From: Acidobacteria bacterium RIFCSPLOWO2_12_FULL_54_10
GTDB lineage: Bacteria > Acidobacteriota > Terriglobia > 2-12-FULL-54-10
DNA length: 61,733 bases
Direction of reading: 5' to 3'
Assembly: GCA_001767075.1 (NCBI GenBank)
Contig: MEKX01000013.1
Coordinates: 1-61,733, forward strand
This document shows, in pieces, positions 18,153-27,664 of this stretch (position 1 is its first letter; every line of letters begins with the position of its first letter). The notes below the pieces were generated by a model. That model had not been told where the DNA came from and made no database searches. It was given only the letters and a program-made list of their open reading frames with translations. The translations under genes were made by a program, and so were the position numbers.

Positions 18153-18389
18153 TTACGCCGGTTGCGGTGCCGGTGGCGGCAGATCCTTGGCTTTCACTTC
18201 CGACTGGAAACTAGCCTTCCGGTGCGATCCATCGCAGAATGGCTTATTCTCGGAATGGCCGCACCGGCATAATGAGATCGCTGTTCTGCCGCCCAGTCCG
18301 AACTCTTTGCCCTCTTGATCGGAAACAGTAAATTCCCCTTCAATTCTCAAAGAGCCGTGATTTTTTACAGTAATTTTTGTGCCCGCCAT
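18153..18389 (-). CDS. CDGSH iron-sulfur domain protein
   Basis: CRCGHSENKPFCDGSH matches the C-x-C-x2-(S/T)-x3-P-x-C-D-G-(S/A/T)-H signature. Confidence 0.85.
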   Translation of the reverse strand: MAGTKITVKNHGSLRIEGEFTVSDQEGKEFGLGGRTAISLCRCGHSENKPFCDGSHRKASFQSEVKAKDLPPPAPQPA

Positions 18390-18588
18390 TTTTCCTCCGA
18401 TTCATTTAGTAGTCCCGCAATTTAGCGCACGTTGGTTGGATTGCCCGACTGGATAATATATTGGATGTCAGCCCGATGCCAAAGTTTCGCTACATCTCAC
18501 TTTTTCGGACGGCAGGGGATCAGTTGTACATTTTGGTAGGCCACAATTTCAAACGATTTCCTAGCGCCAGAACATCGGCGCGCCTTAT

Positions 18589-19215
18589 TTAATATAGGCG
18601 CAGCACGCCGATGGCACGTCCCTGTATGGCGACTCTGTCGGCTGGCAGGATCATGGGATCGATGGAAACGTCTGCCGATGCCAAGCGAATGCGACCATCC
18701 GGTTGCTTGTAATATCGCTTCAATATGCACTCCGCGCCGTCGATGAGTACGATAACGATCTCTCCATCCGCTACCATCGGCGCTCTTTCGATTAGGAGGT
18801 AGTCGCCTGCCAGAATGTTGTCTTGCATAAACGTATCGCCTTGCACCTGAAACAGGAAAATGCCGCCATTTCTCGTTAGATCGATCAAGGGAATCGATAC
18901 CGGTGGGTCAACCCGTTCGATCAGTCTGCTTGATTTTATCCGCCCTAGTAAAGGCAGTTCGAGCACCCCCAATTCTTTGCGCGCCTTTTTCTCATCCTGT
19001 AGATATTTTTGTCCCAGTTCAAGGGAACGGCTGCGATGGCGGCCTCGGCGCAAGTATCCTTTGCGCTCCAGAGTTCCGACGTGCTTATGCACGGTGGCCA
19101 CCGAACGCAACCCTAATCCGGTTGCGATTTCCTGGAAACTCGGGCTATAGCCCCGGTCTCGAAGAAATCCTGCGATATAATCCATCACCTTTTTTTGCTG
19201 TTTTGTAAGAACCAT
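18589..19215 (-). CDS. lexA: LexA-family repressor with degenerate autocleavage motifs
   Basis: N-terminal LexA wHTH (LTKQQKKVMDYIAGFLRDRGYSPSFQEIA...VHKHVGTLERKGYL) and a C-terminal S24 fold. It has GRIKSS where GR(I/V)AAG is expected and GDTF where GDSM is expected. The Lys is retained (ILKRYY). Confidence 0.8.
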   Translation of the reverse strand: MVLTKQQKKVMDYIAGFLRDRGYSPSFQEIATGLGLRSVATVHKHVGTLERKGYLRRGRHRSRSLELGQKYLQDEKKARKELGVLELPLLGRIKSSRLIERVDPPVSIPLIDLTRNGGIFLFQVQGDTFMQDNILAGDYLLIERAPMVADGEIVIVLIDGAECILKRYYKQPDGRIRLASADVSIDPMILPADRVAIQGRAIGVLRLY

Positions 19216-19407
19216 ATGGCTCTCTCAACTTGACCATCGGCTGACAAGTTATCATAAATGCCCGAGTGATTGCGTGCTTGTCATGCATTCTCCACCGCGC
19301 TACTGATTGATGTTACAGCGACCATCGATTTGATAGTTAGGAGTCTTCGGCCATTTTTACTGATTCTGCTTTTGACCTTGCAGCCTCATAGACCTATAAT
19401 TACTTAA

Positions 19408-20367
19408 ATGCTTCACGCAATCACCGTAGGTCTTTTATTTCTGGGGTTAGTATTGCCTTTGCAGGCATTGCAAAACGCGCCTGCTGCCGATTCTCCCGAT
19501 TCCGAAGGAGAACAAATGCCTCCCATTCGCGTCCTCGTGGAAGAGGTAACGGTTCCCTTTATTGTCGTGGACGGGCGAAACCGATATGTCACCAATCTGG
19601 AGAAGGAAGATTTCCAGGTCATGGAGGAAAAGCGGCCGCAGCAAATCATCTCCTTTGTCCGCGAGAATAATCTGCCGCTCCGCCTAGGTTTATTAATAGA
19701 CACCAGCAACAGCGTGCGGGATCGCTTTGTTTTTGAACAAGAAGCCGCGTCTGATTTCTTGCGTACCATGTTGCGGCCCGGCCAGGACAAGGCATTTTTA
19801 GCCAGCTTCGATACCATGGCCGAACTGGTTCAAGACTTCACCGATCAAGTCGAGGAATTGGTGGATGGAATTAACCGGCTTCGTCCAGGCGGCGGAACGG
19901 CCTTGTATGATGCGATCTATTATGGTGCGCGGGACAGGCTGTTGGAAGAAGCTCCGGTTTCCAGTAATTATCGGCGCGCCATGATTTTACTGAGCGATGG
20001 AGAGGACAATCAGAGCCGCTTTAGCCGCCAGCAAGCGCTGGAGATGGCCCGGCGCGCGGAAGTTACTATTTATGCCATCAGCACTAATATTCGCGGCCTT
20101 CGCATGCCAGGCGATAAGGTTCTGAGGGAATTTTCGGAGGAAACCGGCGGGAGCTATTTCCAGCCGACTCGCTGGGAAGACCTCGATTCTGCATTCCTCG
20201 AAATTGAGAACGAACTGCGCAGCCAATACAGTCTTTCTTACCGCCCAACCGCTCCTCGCGATGGCCGCTATCACTCCATCGAGATACTCCCTGGTAAAAA
20301 AGGGTTGAAAGTCCGCGCCCGATTGGGGTATTTCGCTAATATTCCCTCGGTAAACAATCCTCGCTAA
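19408..20367 (+). CDS. VWA-domain protein (VWFA-related acidobacterial-type)
   Basis: Signal peptide and a MIDAS-like motif (LLIDTSNSV...GGTALYDAI...LLSDGEDN). Confidence 0.8.
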   Translation: MLHAITVGLLFLGLVLPLQALQNAPAADSPDSEGEQMPPIRVLVEEVTVPFIVVDGRNRYVTNLEKEDFQVMEEKRPQQIISFVRENNLPLRLGLLIDTSNSVRDRFVFEQEAASDFLRTMLRPGQDKAFLASFDTMAELVQDFTDQVEELVDGINRLRPGGGTALYDAIYYGARDRLLEEAPVSSNYRRAMILLSDGEDNQSRFSRQQALEMARRAEVTIYAISTNIRGLRMPGDKVLREFSEETGGSYFQPTRWEDLDSAFLEIENELRSQYSLSYRPTAPRDGRYHSIEILPGKKGLKVRARLGYFANIPSVNNPR

Positions 20368-20513
20368 ACTTGCACTCTGATAGTTTTACACCTTCTGCCT
20401 TCTTAACCAATATCATACGGATAAAAAAAAAGCTTGACTCCGACTCACTTTGGACGATATATTCCACGCTTAGGCGGAATTAGGCTTTACATTTGGAAAG
20501 GGGTACATTCTCG

Positions 20514-21704
20514 ATGAATCTGAAACAGTTGATGGCGATTACACTTAGCTTGGCTTTAATTCAGCCCGGCCCGATAAGCGCCGCATCGGTCGATACTTCT
20601 TCCCCCCGGTCCATTATTGGATCAATCACCTCCAACGGTTCTGTACAGGTCGGTGACATTCCAGTACCATCCGTCAGCACGTTGTTTTCTGGGGATCAAG
20701 TTACGACCACCGCTGGCAATGCCGTCATTCAATACCGTCAAGGCCCTCGCGTGATCCTGGGAGGCGCATCGCAAGCCAGTTTCACGGACGGGCAAGTGCA
20801 GCTTCTTCGTGGGCAGATGGCTTTCGAATCATCCGGTCGCCCTGTCGGGTTTTCTATATCCACTCTGAAAATTGAGCCGACATCCAGCAATAGCGCCGTC
20901 AATGTTACTGTTGAAGACAACCTTGCGACGGTTGCTGTTGCGCAAGGAAGTGTTCGAGTCGTTGATCCATCGGGAGCAGAACTGGTAGCCCTGAACAAAG
21001 GTGACGCTCGTTTGTTTGAAAAAGCCTCTTCAATTCCCGCGCCTGCTCCTCCTCCGGCCCCTTCTGCTGCTGCCGCGCAAGCGGGAAGCGGCGGTAACTC
21101 TTGGCTGATTGCATTAGCAGTCGGTGTGGTTGGAGCATCTTTGGGCGTGGCTGGTTTGGTCCGGGCCAACAGCGCTGAAGACGAAGCCGATGCAGCCAGA
21201 GCGCAAGCAAATACGGCAACCGCTGACGCAAATGCTGCCCGTTCATCCGCTACCGCTGCGCAAGCTCAAGCCGCCGCCGCCGCTGCCGCCTCTGCCTCGG
21301 CGCAAACCCAGATTGCTGCTTTGTCGTCGCAGCTTGCTGCGCTCCGGTTGCAGGTGACCAATTTGCTGGCGCAAGTGAGCGCTTTTAGTCAGTCTCAGGA
21401 GGCGGTCAATGCTGACTTGCAAAGGTTGTTGGCGGCCCAAGGCAAACTGATTGCACTACAATCCGAGATGTCCGATGTTCAAACGGAAATGTCTTCTTTG
21501 CTGTTAGATTTAGGAAAACTTGGGGATTCCTCCCGCATCTCTACGCAAGCTGTTTCCAGCGCAAATCTGACCTTGCCTGAGATTCTTGCCCGATTAGAAG
21601 TCTTAAGGCTTAGATTGATTTTCCTGCAGCAACAAGTTGAAGACGTCACCGCTGAAATTAACGATATCATTGATGAAATCATTGAACTCATAAGCGGTTC
21701 ATAG
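20514..21704 (+). CDS. membrane-anchored protein: signal peptide, FecR-like beta domain, TM helix, Ala/Gln-rich coiled coil
   Basis: The ATG at 20514 follows GGAAAGGGG. Features are the FecR-like GDQVTTTAGNAVIQY..., the TM segment WLIALAVGVVGASLGVAGLV, and a long heptad-like Ala-rich tail. Confidence 0.55.
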   Translation: MNLKQLMAITLSLALIQPGPISAASVDTSSPRSIIGSITSNGSVQVGDIPVPSVSTLFSGDQVTTTAGNAVIQYRQGPRVILGGASQASFTDGQVQLLRGQMAFESSGRPVGFSISTLKIEPTSSNSAVNVTVEDNLATVAVAQGSVRVVDPSGAELVALNKGDARLFEKASSIPAPAPPPAPSAAAAQAGSGGNSWLIALAVGVVGASLGVAGLVRANSAEDEADAARAQANTATADANAARSSATAAQAQAAAAAAASASAQTQIAALSSQLAALRLQVTNLLAQVSAFSQSQEAVNADLQRLLAAQGKLIALQSEMSDVQTEMSSLLLDLGKLGDSSRISTQAVSSANLTLPEILARLEVLRLRLIFLQQQVEDVTAEINDIIDEIIELISGS

Positions 21705-21734
21705 GGGAAATTGCCTGGCCGATAGAGTTCCATC

Positions 21735-21762
21735 ATGCCCTGCGAGCGCAGGGCATTTTTTA
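21735..21762 (+). terminator. rho-independent terminator
   Basis: ATGCCCTGCG-AGC-GCAGGGCAT followed by TTTTTTATT. Confidence 0.65.
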
Positions 21763-21856
21763 TTGATTATTTTTTCGAGTACTGTAGTTGGTTCCGCTCT
21801 GCGTTTCTCGCCTGCTCACTAGGCCATTTTTAATGTTGGTGTTTAGGGAAATCTAT

Positions 21857-21948
21857 AAGCCCCGGAGGGGCGGTAAAATTTAGCCCGCGGCGCAAGCCGC
21901 GGGTTGCGATGCAACCAGCCGTTCAGCCCCGGTAGGGGCGGCAGAAAT
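21857..21948. repeat. REP-like GC-rich palindromic element (two GCCCCGG-N-AGGGGCGG units flanking a CCCGCGGC/GCCGCGGG hairpin)
   Basis: AGCCCCGGAGGGGCGG (21858-21873) and AGCCCCGGTAGGGGCGG (21925-21941) are direct near-copies. An inverted near-copy, CGCCCCTGCCGGGGCT, lies at 59255-59270. Confidence 0.4.
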
Positions 21949-22083
21949 CACTCTCTCATTCTCTCCCTACATAGCAACTGTAAAAATGGTCCAGGATTTC
22001 CACCAGAGCAATGTGTGCCTGAAAGTTAGCCGCCTATGCCTGGCGGGATGGTTCATGAACCAGTTCGAAGCATATAGGTGGCC

Positions 22084-23220
22084 TCATCGTGCTGGCTGAC
22101 CCTGGCCCGTGGCAACCGCCGGAGGCTGGGGCTTTGCAAATCGCGAGCCATCAATTGGGATGTTCTGTTGCACCTTTTCCACCACGATGACTTGGTGATC
22201 CAATGGAGAAGTTATAGTTCTTTTAAACGCCACCATTACGCCATCCACATTGCGATAATCCGCATAATCGATCTGTGTAGGAATCATACCAAACGGGGAA
22301 TCCGTGTATCGCACCATGCGTAAAAGCAATCCCGCGTCCTTGTCGAAGTAGAGTAGCACGGGAGGATAATTCTGGCGTATTCCACGAACTACATAGGTTT
22401 CACGGTCGCTCACCTTCTCCATTTTGTCCACTTTCATTTCCGTGAATAATTGTTGTGCTTGGCGTGGGGAAAATACGATGTCATCCAGCCGGGCGCCGTC
22501 TAAATCCGATGCAGTCATGTCGCGGACGCCGCGTACCGGCACAGCCGTCCATCCCATATTTCCGGATTAGATCGTCGTGCTGTCGCCGTTTTCCAAATGG
22601 ATCACCGTCGCCCGTTTCCCTGGCAACTCGCTGAATATTTCCACCTTAGCTTGGCGTCCATTTGCCAGCGTGACAGTTCCTTGGATCGACCGGCTCGTTA
22701 CATTCTCTAGCGCTGTGATGCCGCCTAAAGAGTCTGCGAATTTGCCGAGGATCAGATCTGATGCGGGGTATGTAGGAGCCGTTGCGGGGGTGGCAGAGGT
22801 TGTCTCCTGCCGCGGCCAGGCATCTGGAATTTCAGGGATTCCTTCAGGCTCCTCTGCCCCGCGATGACACGTGTTGCAGGTAACTTCTCTTTTACCCTGG
22901 AACGTATCACGATTGATGGCTGTCACCATCTGGATCATCTTGCGGGCAGTATTCTTCTGCGTCTTGTCATCCTTTTCAAAAGCCCCCTGGACATGGCAAT
23001 ACTGGCAGCCAACACCCAGGGCGCTCTCAAAAAACTGCATCGTAGCGGGCAATTGATCCGCCGGTAACCCTTGCAGTGATTGAATGTTCTTATAAACCTC
23101 TTCCATCTTTTTTGCTGGTGCGCCCGGTGCTCCGGTCTGTGCCTGCGCCGTTCCGTGCTGCGAGCTGAGTATGGCTATCATGTACAAAATCAGGATTACC
23201 GTGGAATTCGAAATTTGCAT
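22084..23220 (-). pseudogene. c-type cytochrome (two CxxCH) fused to a LolA-like beta domain, interrupted by an in-frame TAA
   Basis: ORFs 22567..23220 and 22084..22557 are in the same frame, separated only by a TAA (22567-22569) and 3 codons. The heme motifs are CQYCH and CNTCH. The sequence reads through as ...ENGDSTTI*SGNMGWTAV... Confidence 0.6.
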
Positions 23221-23298
23221 GAGCAGATTTCCTCTTTATAGAATGGGGTTTCTGGCGCGCTTGATTATATTAGGATAGACGTCACGATCTGAACTTTC

Positions 23299-23391
23299 TG
23301 GCGGAGAGGGAGGGATTCGAACCCTCGACACAGCTTTTGACCGTGTAACTGCTTAGCAGGCAGCCCTGATCGACCACTCCAGCACCTCTCC
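23299..23391 (-). tRNA. tRNA-Ser (anticodon GCT), long variable arm
   Basis: In the reverse complement: acceptor GGAGAGG/CCTCTCC, anticodon loop CTGCTAA, a long extra arm, T-loop GGTTCGAATCC, and G-CCA encoded. Confidence 0.9.
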
Positions 23392-23506
23392 GCAATACGC
23401 GCTGCTCTTATTGCTGCGCGCTTTGAACCGGACAAAGTTACAGTACATCTATTCTAGCAAAATCCGCCCTCGCTGGACACCATGACATCGTTTTCTGCGC
23501 AGGTTT

Positions 23507-24259
23507 CTATTCCGTATAGAGAATGAGCAAAACGCCGAGCGACACCAGGCACAGGGAGAAGAGATACCTCATCAAGGTCGGATGAAAGCGTTTAGTATCT
23601 GTCAGCGCTTTGGTTACAGCTACGCCAAAGCCTGCTACAGCGAAATTGATGTGCTGATGCTCAACATTCTGCATCGCGAGGTGCGCTGATTCTCCGATGC
23701 CTCCGATATGCGCCTGCGGCGAGTGAACCAGCAGCAGCCCGGCCCCGGCGGCAGCCATCGCCGGGAAAAGCCAGTTAGCCCACCAGGATTTCAATCGGTA
23801 GCTCGCGCGTAAATATTCAACAACCGCAAGGCCCAGTAAAATCAGAGAAAATATTTTGTGCTGCAACACTTGCAAGTTTTGCGTCACCACGTATTGAAGC
23901 GTCTGCCCTCCAAAGGGCCACGATTCCGGATCGCTAAAAAAAAAGAGATAGATGCCAGGGATGAAAAAGAATGCGGACCACAAATACCGCGCAGTTGGAA
24001 CACGGCTGATGATATGCGGTTCCAGAAGCGCCAGCAGTCCTACCAGCAGGACAAAGATTCCCGCAAAATGGTGATTGAATTCGGAGAACCGCTTGTCTGC
24101 CTCCAACTTGGCTTGGTCTTCCGGCGAAGCCTGAGCAACCTCGGAGCCATGCATCATGCCGGAGTGTTCTGGCGAAAGCTGGTATGCACGCGACGGTAAA
24201 GCAAGCAATCCCCACATCATGACGAGTTGTATTCCGATGAGGATAAATCTGAGGTTCAT
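23507..24259 (-). CDS. polytopic membrane protein of unknown function
   Basis: The ATG at 24259 gives the signal-like start MNLRFILIGIQLVMMWGLLALP. There are about 6 TM segments with conserved His residues. The longer ORF would overlap the flippase gene. Confidence 0.5.
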   Translation of the reverse strand: MNLRFILIGIQLVMMWGLLALPSRAYQLSPEHSGMMHGSEVAQASPEDQAKLEADKRFSEFNHHFAGIFVLLVGLLALLEPHIISRVPTARYLWSAFFFIPGIYLFFFSDPESWPFGGQTLQYVVTQNLQVLQHKIFSLILLGLAVVEYLRASYRLKSWWANWLFPAMAAAGAGLLLVHSPQAHIGGIGESAHLAMQNVEHQHINFAVAGFGVAVTKALTDTKRFHPTLMRYLFSLCLVSLGVLLILYTE

Positions 24260-24306
24260 CGCCAGTCCTTTTCTCTTCTGCCTCATTTTCGGCCTGAAAC
24301 CTAATG

Positions 24307-25814
24307 TTATTCGATTTCCAATAGAAGTCTTTGCATGTACACCTTCCAGTTCGGTGTTTCTGATTTCACGACGATTCGGGCGATCAGGAATACAAAGGCT
24401 GCCATGCCGGGTACTATCGATAGGATAAGCCCAGCCAGTGTACGCGGGAAAAGCAGCGAAGTTATAACGAGCCAGCCTAGAACAGGCAGCCAGGCATGCA
24501 GCACAGGACGAAAGGATTTTCGGAACCAATCATCCCATCGAACTCCGGCCACGGGTAAAGCGTGAACAAATAGCATTATTGTGCCAATCGCTTGCACCAC
24601 AGTAAATGCTACTGCCAAGCCCTCCAATCCGCTTCGCAAACTCGCCCATGTTCCAGCGACAACTCCTGCGACCAACATGATTGCGGACACGGCGGCGCTG
24701 TAGCGGATTTTCCCCACGCCGTAGAGTAAGACGAGGGGCACCTCTTGCATTGTGGCGAAGAATGCAAAAACGACGAAAATTCGGAAAACAGTGATTCCGG
24801 CTGCAACTTCTTCTCCAATCCAGAGGCGGAGTATCACATCTCCCCACGCCCATAGGCAAGTCGCCAGAGGCAATGTGATCGCGAGCAGGATTCGGGTGGA
24901 AAGGAAAACAAACTTCTGAATCTTTGCGCGGTTGCCCAGGGCGTCTGCGGAAGAAACCATGGGATACGTTACAAAAAATGGCTGCGAACAAAATGTCTGC
25001 AAGGATAGCGGAATTCGCCGCGCCACCGCCAGTATCGCCAGGGAAGGCAAGGGCAGCAGGCGTGCTGCCAATAATTTGTCCGCCTGAAGGAACCAGCGCA
25101 TAAATGTGCCATCCAAAAAACTGATCGTGGTGAACTCGCGGATTTGACTCATGCTCCGCATGTTCATCTGACTCCATTGGGGTTGCCAACCAATAGCGGA
25201 GTAGTGTGCTGCCAGGTGCAAACCCGTAAGTCTTGCCAGGGCAATGACGGGAAATACGGCGATGACGGCCAGCAAATTGAAACCGGCTAAAAGGAGCATC
25301 AACGTGATTCCTGCGCGGAGAAGCTCTGCGGCAATATCTACGGCGTTAGCAAGATGATAGTCCTGGCATCCTTCCAAATAGCCCCGCAGGGCAAAGCCTG
25401 GAAACTGGAACGCCAGGCTGAGACCGGCTAGCGCTATGGCCATGTAGCTTGGGGCTTGCAGGCTGCCGGTGGCATTGAAAAACTCGGCTAACGGTTGGGC
25501 TGAAAAAAAATAATGGCGGAGCCAAGCACCCCTAATCCAGCTAGTACGAAATATACCGTGCTCGCAAGACGATGAAGCGATTCTTTCTGGCCCTGTGCGG
25601 CGAGCTTGCTTACATACCGCACCAAGGCTGAGGACAGCCCAGCCTCAAACGTTTCTGCAATAGCGACCACGCTCAAAGCAAAGATGAAAATGGCATAGTT
25701 TTCATTCCCCAACCGATGGTAGACAATTGGAGTCATTGCAAACCCCAGTACCCCTGTTACCAGGACTCGCGCGGTATTCGATAATGCGTTCCGGATCAGA
25801 TATAATGATTGCAT
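24307..25814 (-). pseudogene. Wzx/MOP-family polysaccharide flippase split by a frameshift in a T8 (plus-strand A8) tract
   Basis: The N-terminal 108-aa ORF (25488..25814) and the C-terminal 378-aa ORF (24307..25443) are both multi-TM and flippase-like but in different frames. Adding one T to the run at 25503-25510 joins them (...IIFFSAQPLAEFFNATGSLQAPSYMAIALAG...). Confidence 0.7.
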
Positions 25815-25909
25815 GTATTGAATTCAATCGAAAGGATATCCGGCCAGAGGGCATTTCCCGGAATTGCAATGCGCATGATCACTTCTCGCATTATACAGCA
25901 GCAATTTCA

Positions 25910-26710
25910 ATGCGATGTCCACTCTTGCGATCTCCCGGCAACCGTAAAATGCCGGTTATGATTTCTTCCCGGGAGGATCGGATCCCGTTACTTCCCCCGC
26001 GAACTCTGCGGGATATCAGAATCAAACAATTAGTGCGCCGCTTCCTATATCCCCTTACCATCTTCCTGCGGCAAAGGAAGATATCGTCGTTCCTGGCACA
26101 AACCCAGGAACCAAAACTGCATGTAGGGTGTGGAATCAATATACTGCCAGGTTGGTTGAATACCGACCAGGGAACCATATTAAATCGACGCGGCGTCATT
26201 TATCTGGATGCAAGGAAAAAACTACCCTTTTATAACGACACGATACATTATGTCTTCAGCGAGCACTTCATAACATGCCTATCGATGGATGAAACCACGA
26301 ACTTCATCCATGAAAGTTATAGGGTACTGAAACCCGGGGGATCATTGCGTATCGCGAGCGTGATGTGGCCATTCCTGGCAGAACTTTATGGAAATTCGGG
26401 TGATCGATACGAGCGTTACGTTCAATGGGCCACGAACACATTTTTGAAGACCCGACAAAACAGTTCTTTGCTCGTCTTGAACAATTTGCTTTACGGTTTT
26501 GGATGTAAATCTATTTACGACGTGCCCACGCTTTCAGCAATGCTAGTCACAGCCGGTTTCGCCCAGATCGTCCGTTGCAATGTGGGAGAGAGCTCGCATT
26601 CTGCCCTGCGTGGCGTGGAAGGCCACGGGAAGGTAATCCCGCCAGAATTTAATGAACTCGAGACCACCGTTTTGGAGGCGACCAAACCAGTAAATGCCAA
26701 TGTGGGCTAA
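25910..26710 (+). CDS. class I SAM-dependent methyltransferase (start uncertain: 25910/25949/25958)
   Basis: LHVGCGINILPGWLNTD (motif I) and YRVLKPGGSLRIA. Divergent from the flippase gene. Confidence 0.65.
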   Translation: MRCPLLRSPGNRKMPVMISSREDRIPLLPPRTLRDIRIKQLVRRFLYPLTIFLRQRKISSFLAQTQEPKLHVGCGINILPGWLNTDQGTILNRRGVIYLDARKKLPFYNDTIHYVFSEHFITCLSMDETTNFIHESYRVLKPGGSLRIASVMWPFLAELYGNSGDRYERYVQWATNTFLKTRQNSSLLVLNNLLYGFGCKSIYDVPTLSAMLVTAGFAQIVRCNVGESSHSALRGVEGHGKVIPPEFNELETTVLEATKPVNANVG

Positions 26711-26795
26711 GTATTTTTTTTTCGATCATGTAAATGGTTTTTATTTTCGGGCAGGGTTTGGGTCCGCTTTTCGTAGGGGGGGCAGGAGATAAGCA

Positions 26796-27578
26796 ATGAA
26801 CAGAAAGTCAGTGCTGGAACCGTCAAGCCTCTATGACCGTGAATTCTACGAGTTTATTCACCCAGGTTCATCACAGTCTGCTGCGAGAGTGGCCCCTGAA
26901 CTGATTAACCTTTTTTCGCCGGGCAGCATCCTGGACGTCGGCTGCGGAACTGGTGCTTGGCTTGCTGAATTCCGTAAGCACGGTATCGCAGATGTGATCG
27001 GCGTGGATGGTGATTGGGTAAATAATAATCAGCTCAGTATCCCGCAGGAGCTTTTCCTGGGTCGTGATCTCAGAAAACCTCTTACGTTAGACCGGCAATT
27101 TGATCTGGTCATGACGTTGGAAGTTGCTGAACACCTCCCGCCGGAACGAGGCGAAAGCTTCGTTTCCGATTTGGTTGCTTTTGCGCCAGTGGTCTTTTTC
27201 TCGGCAGCGACCCCTTCTGGCCCCGACGAGGGAGTGGGGGAGATCAACAAGCGGTGGCCTGGATATTGGGCGAATCTTTTCGCTGCCTTTGACTATCTGC
27301 CTTTCGATTATTTGCGTTTCAAATTCTGGGACGACCGTCTGGTTGAGTGGTGGTATCGTCAGAATATGATTCTCTACATTAAGCAATCCTATCTAAACAG
27401 TCGTCCGGATTTGGAACAAATTTTGAACAGTACTCCCCCCGGAGTTCTTAGCCTGATTCATCCTGTACATTATCAGGAGCAGATTGCCCTTGTGGCCAAT
27501 TCGGGTCCGAAATCCTTGCTCCGAGCGCTGCCAAGGGCCACCATCCGCGCGATCAAACGGAGACTAAAGCGGCTTTAG
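26796..27578 (+). CDS. class I SAM-dependent methyltransferase
   Basis: Motif I ILDVGCGTGAWL, acidic loop VIGVDGD, and LVMTLEVAEHLPP. Confidence 0.75.
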   Translation: MNRKSVLEPSSLYDREFYEFIHPGSSQSAARVAPELINLFSPGSILDVGCGTGAWLAEFRKHGIADVIGVDGDWVNNNQLSIPQELFLGRDLRKPLTLDRQFDLVMTLEVAEHLPPERGESFVSDLVAFAPVVFFSAATPSGPDEGVGEINKRWPGYWANLFAAFDYLPFDYLRFKFWDDRLVEWWYRQNMILYIKQSYLNSRPDLEQILNSTPPGVLSLIHPVHYQEQIALVANSGPKSLLRALPRATIRAIKRRLKRL

Positions 27579-27664
27579 TTTTATTGGCCTGATACTTTCA
27601 CGCGCTTGTTAAAAGGCCTGACAATCTTCAGGCTGCGCGTTTGCGACCAGATTTAGCCTTCCCT

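Noticed and set aside
19227-19250. The inverted repeat AACTTG-N12-CAAGTT between the lexA start codon and a TATGAT hexamer, considered as a feature-level LexA operator.
   Set aside because: There is only one occurrence in the window and I know of no consensus to compare it with. It is mentioned under the LexA finding but not annotated as a regulatory site.
21170-21420. A highly repetitive-looking GC-rich stretch (GCTGCC/GCCGCC runs) that could be mistaken for a tandem repeat array.
   Set aside because: It is in frame within ORF 20514..21704 and encodes an Ala/Gln-rich coiled-coil segment. It is low-complexity coding sequence, not a spacer-repeat structure.
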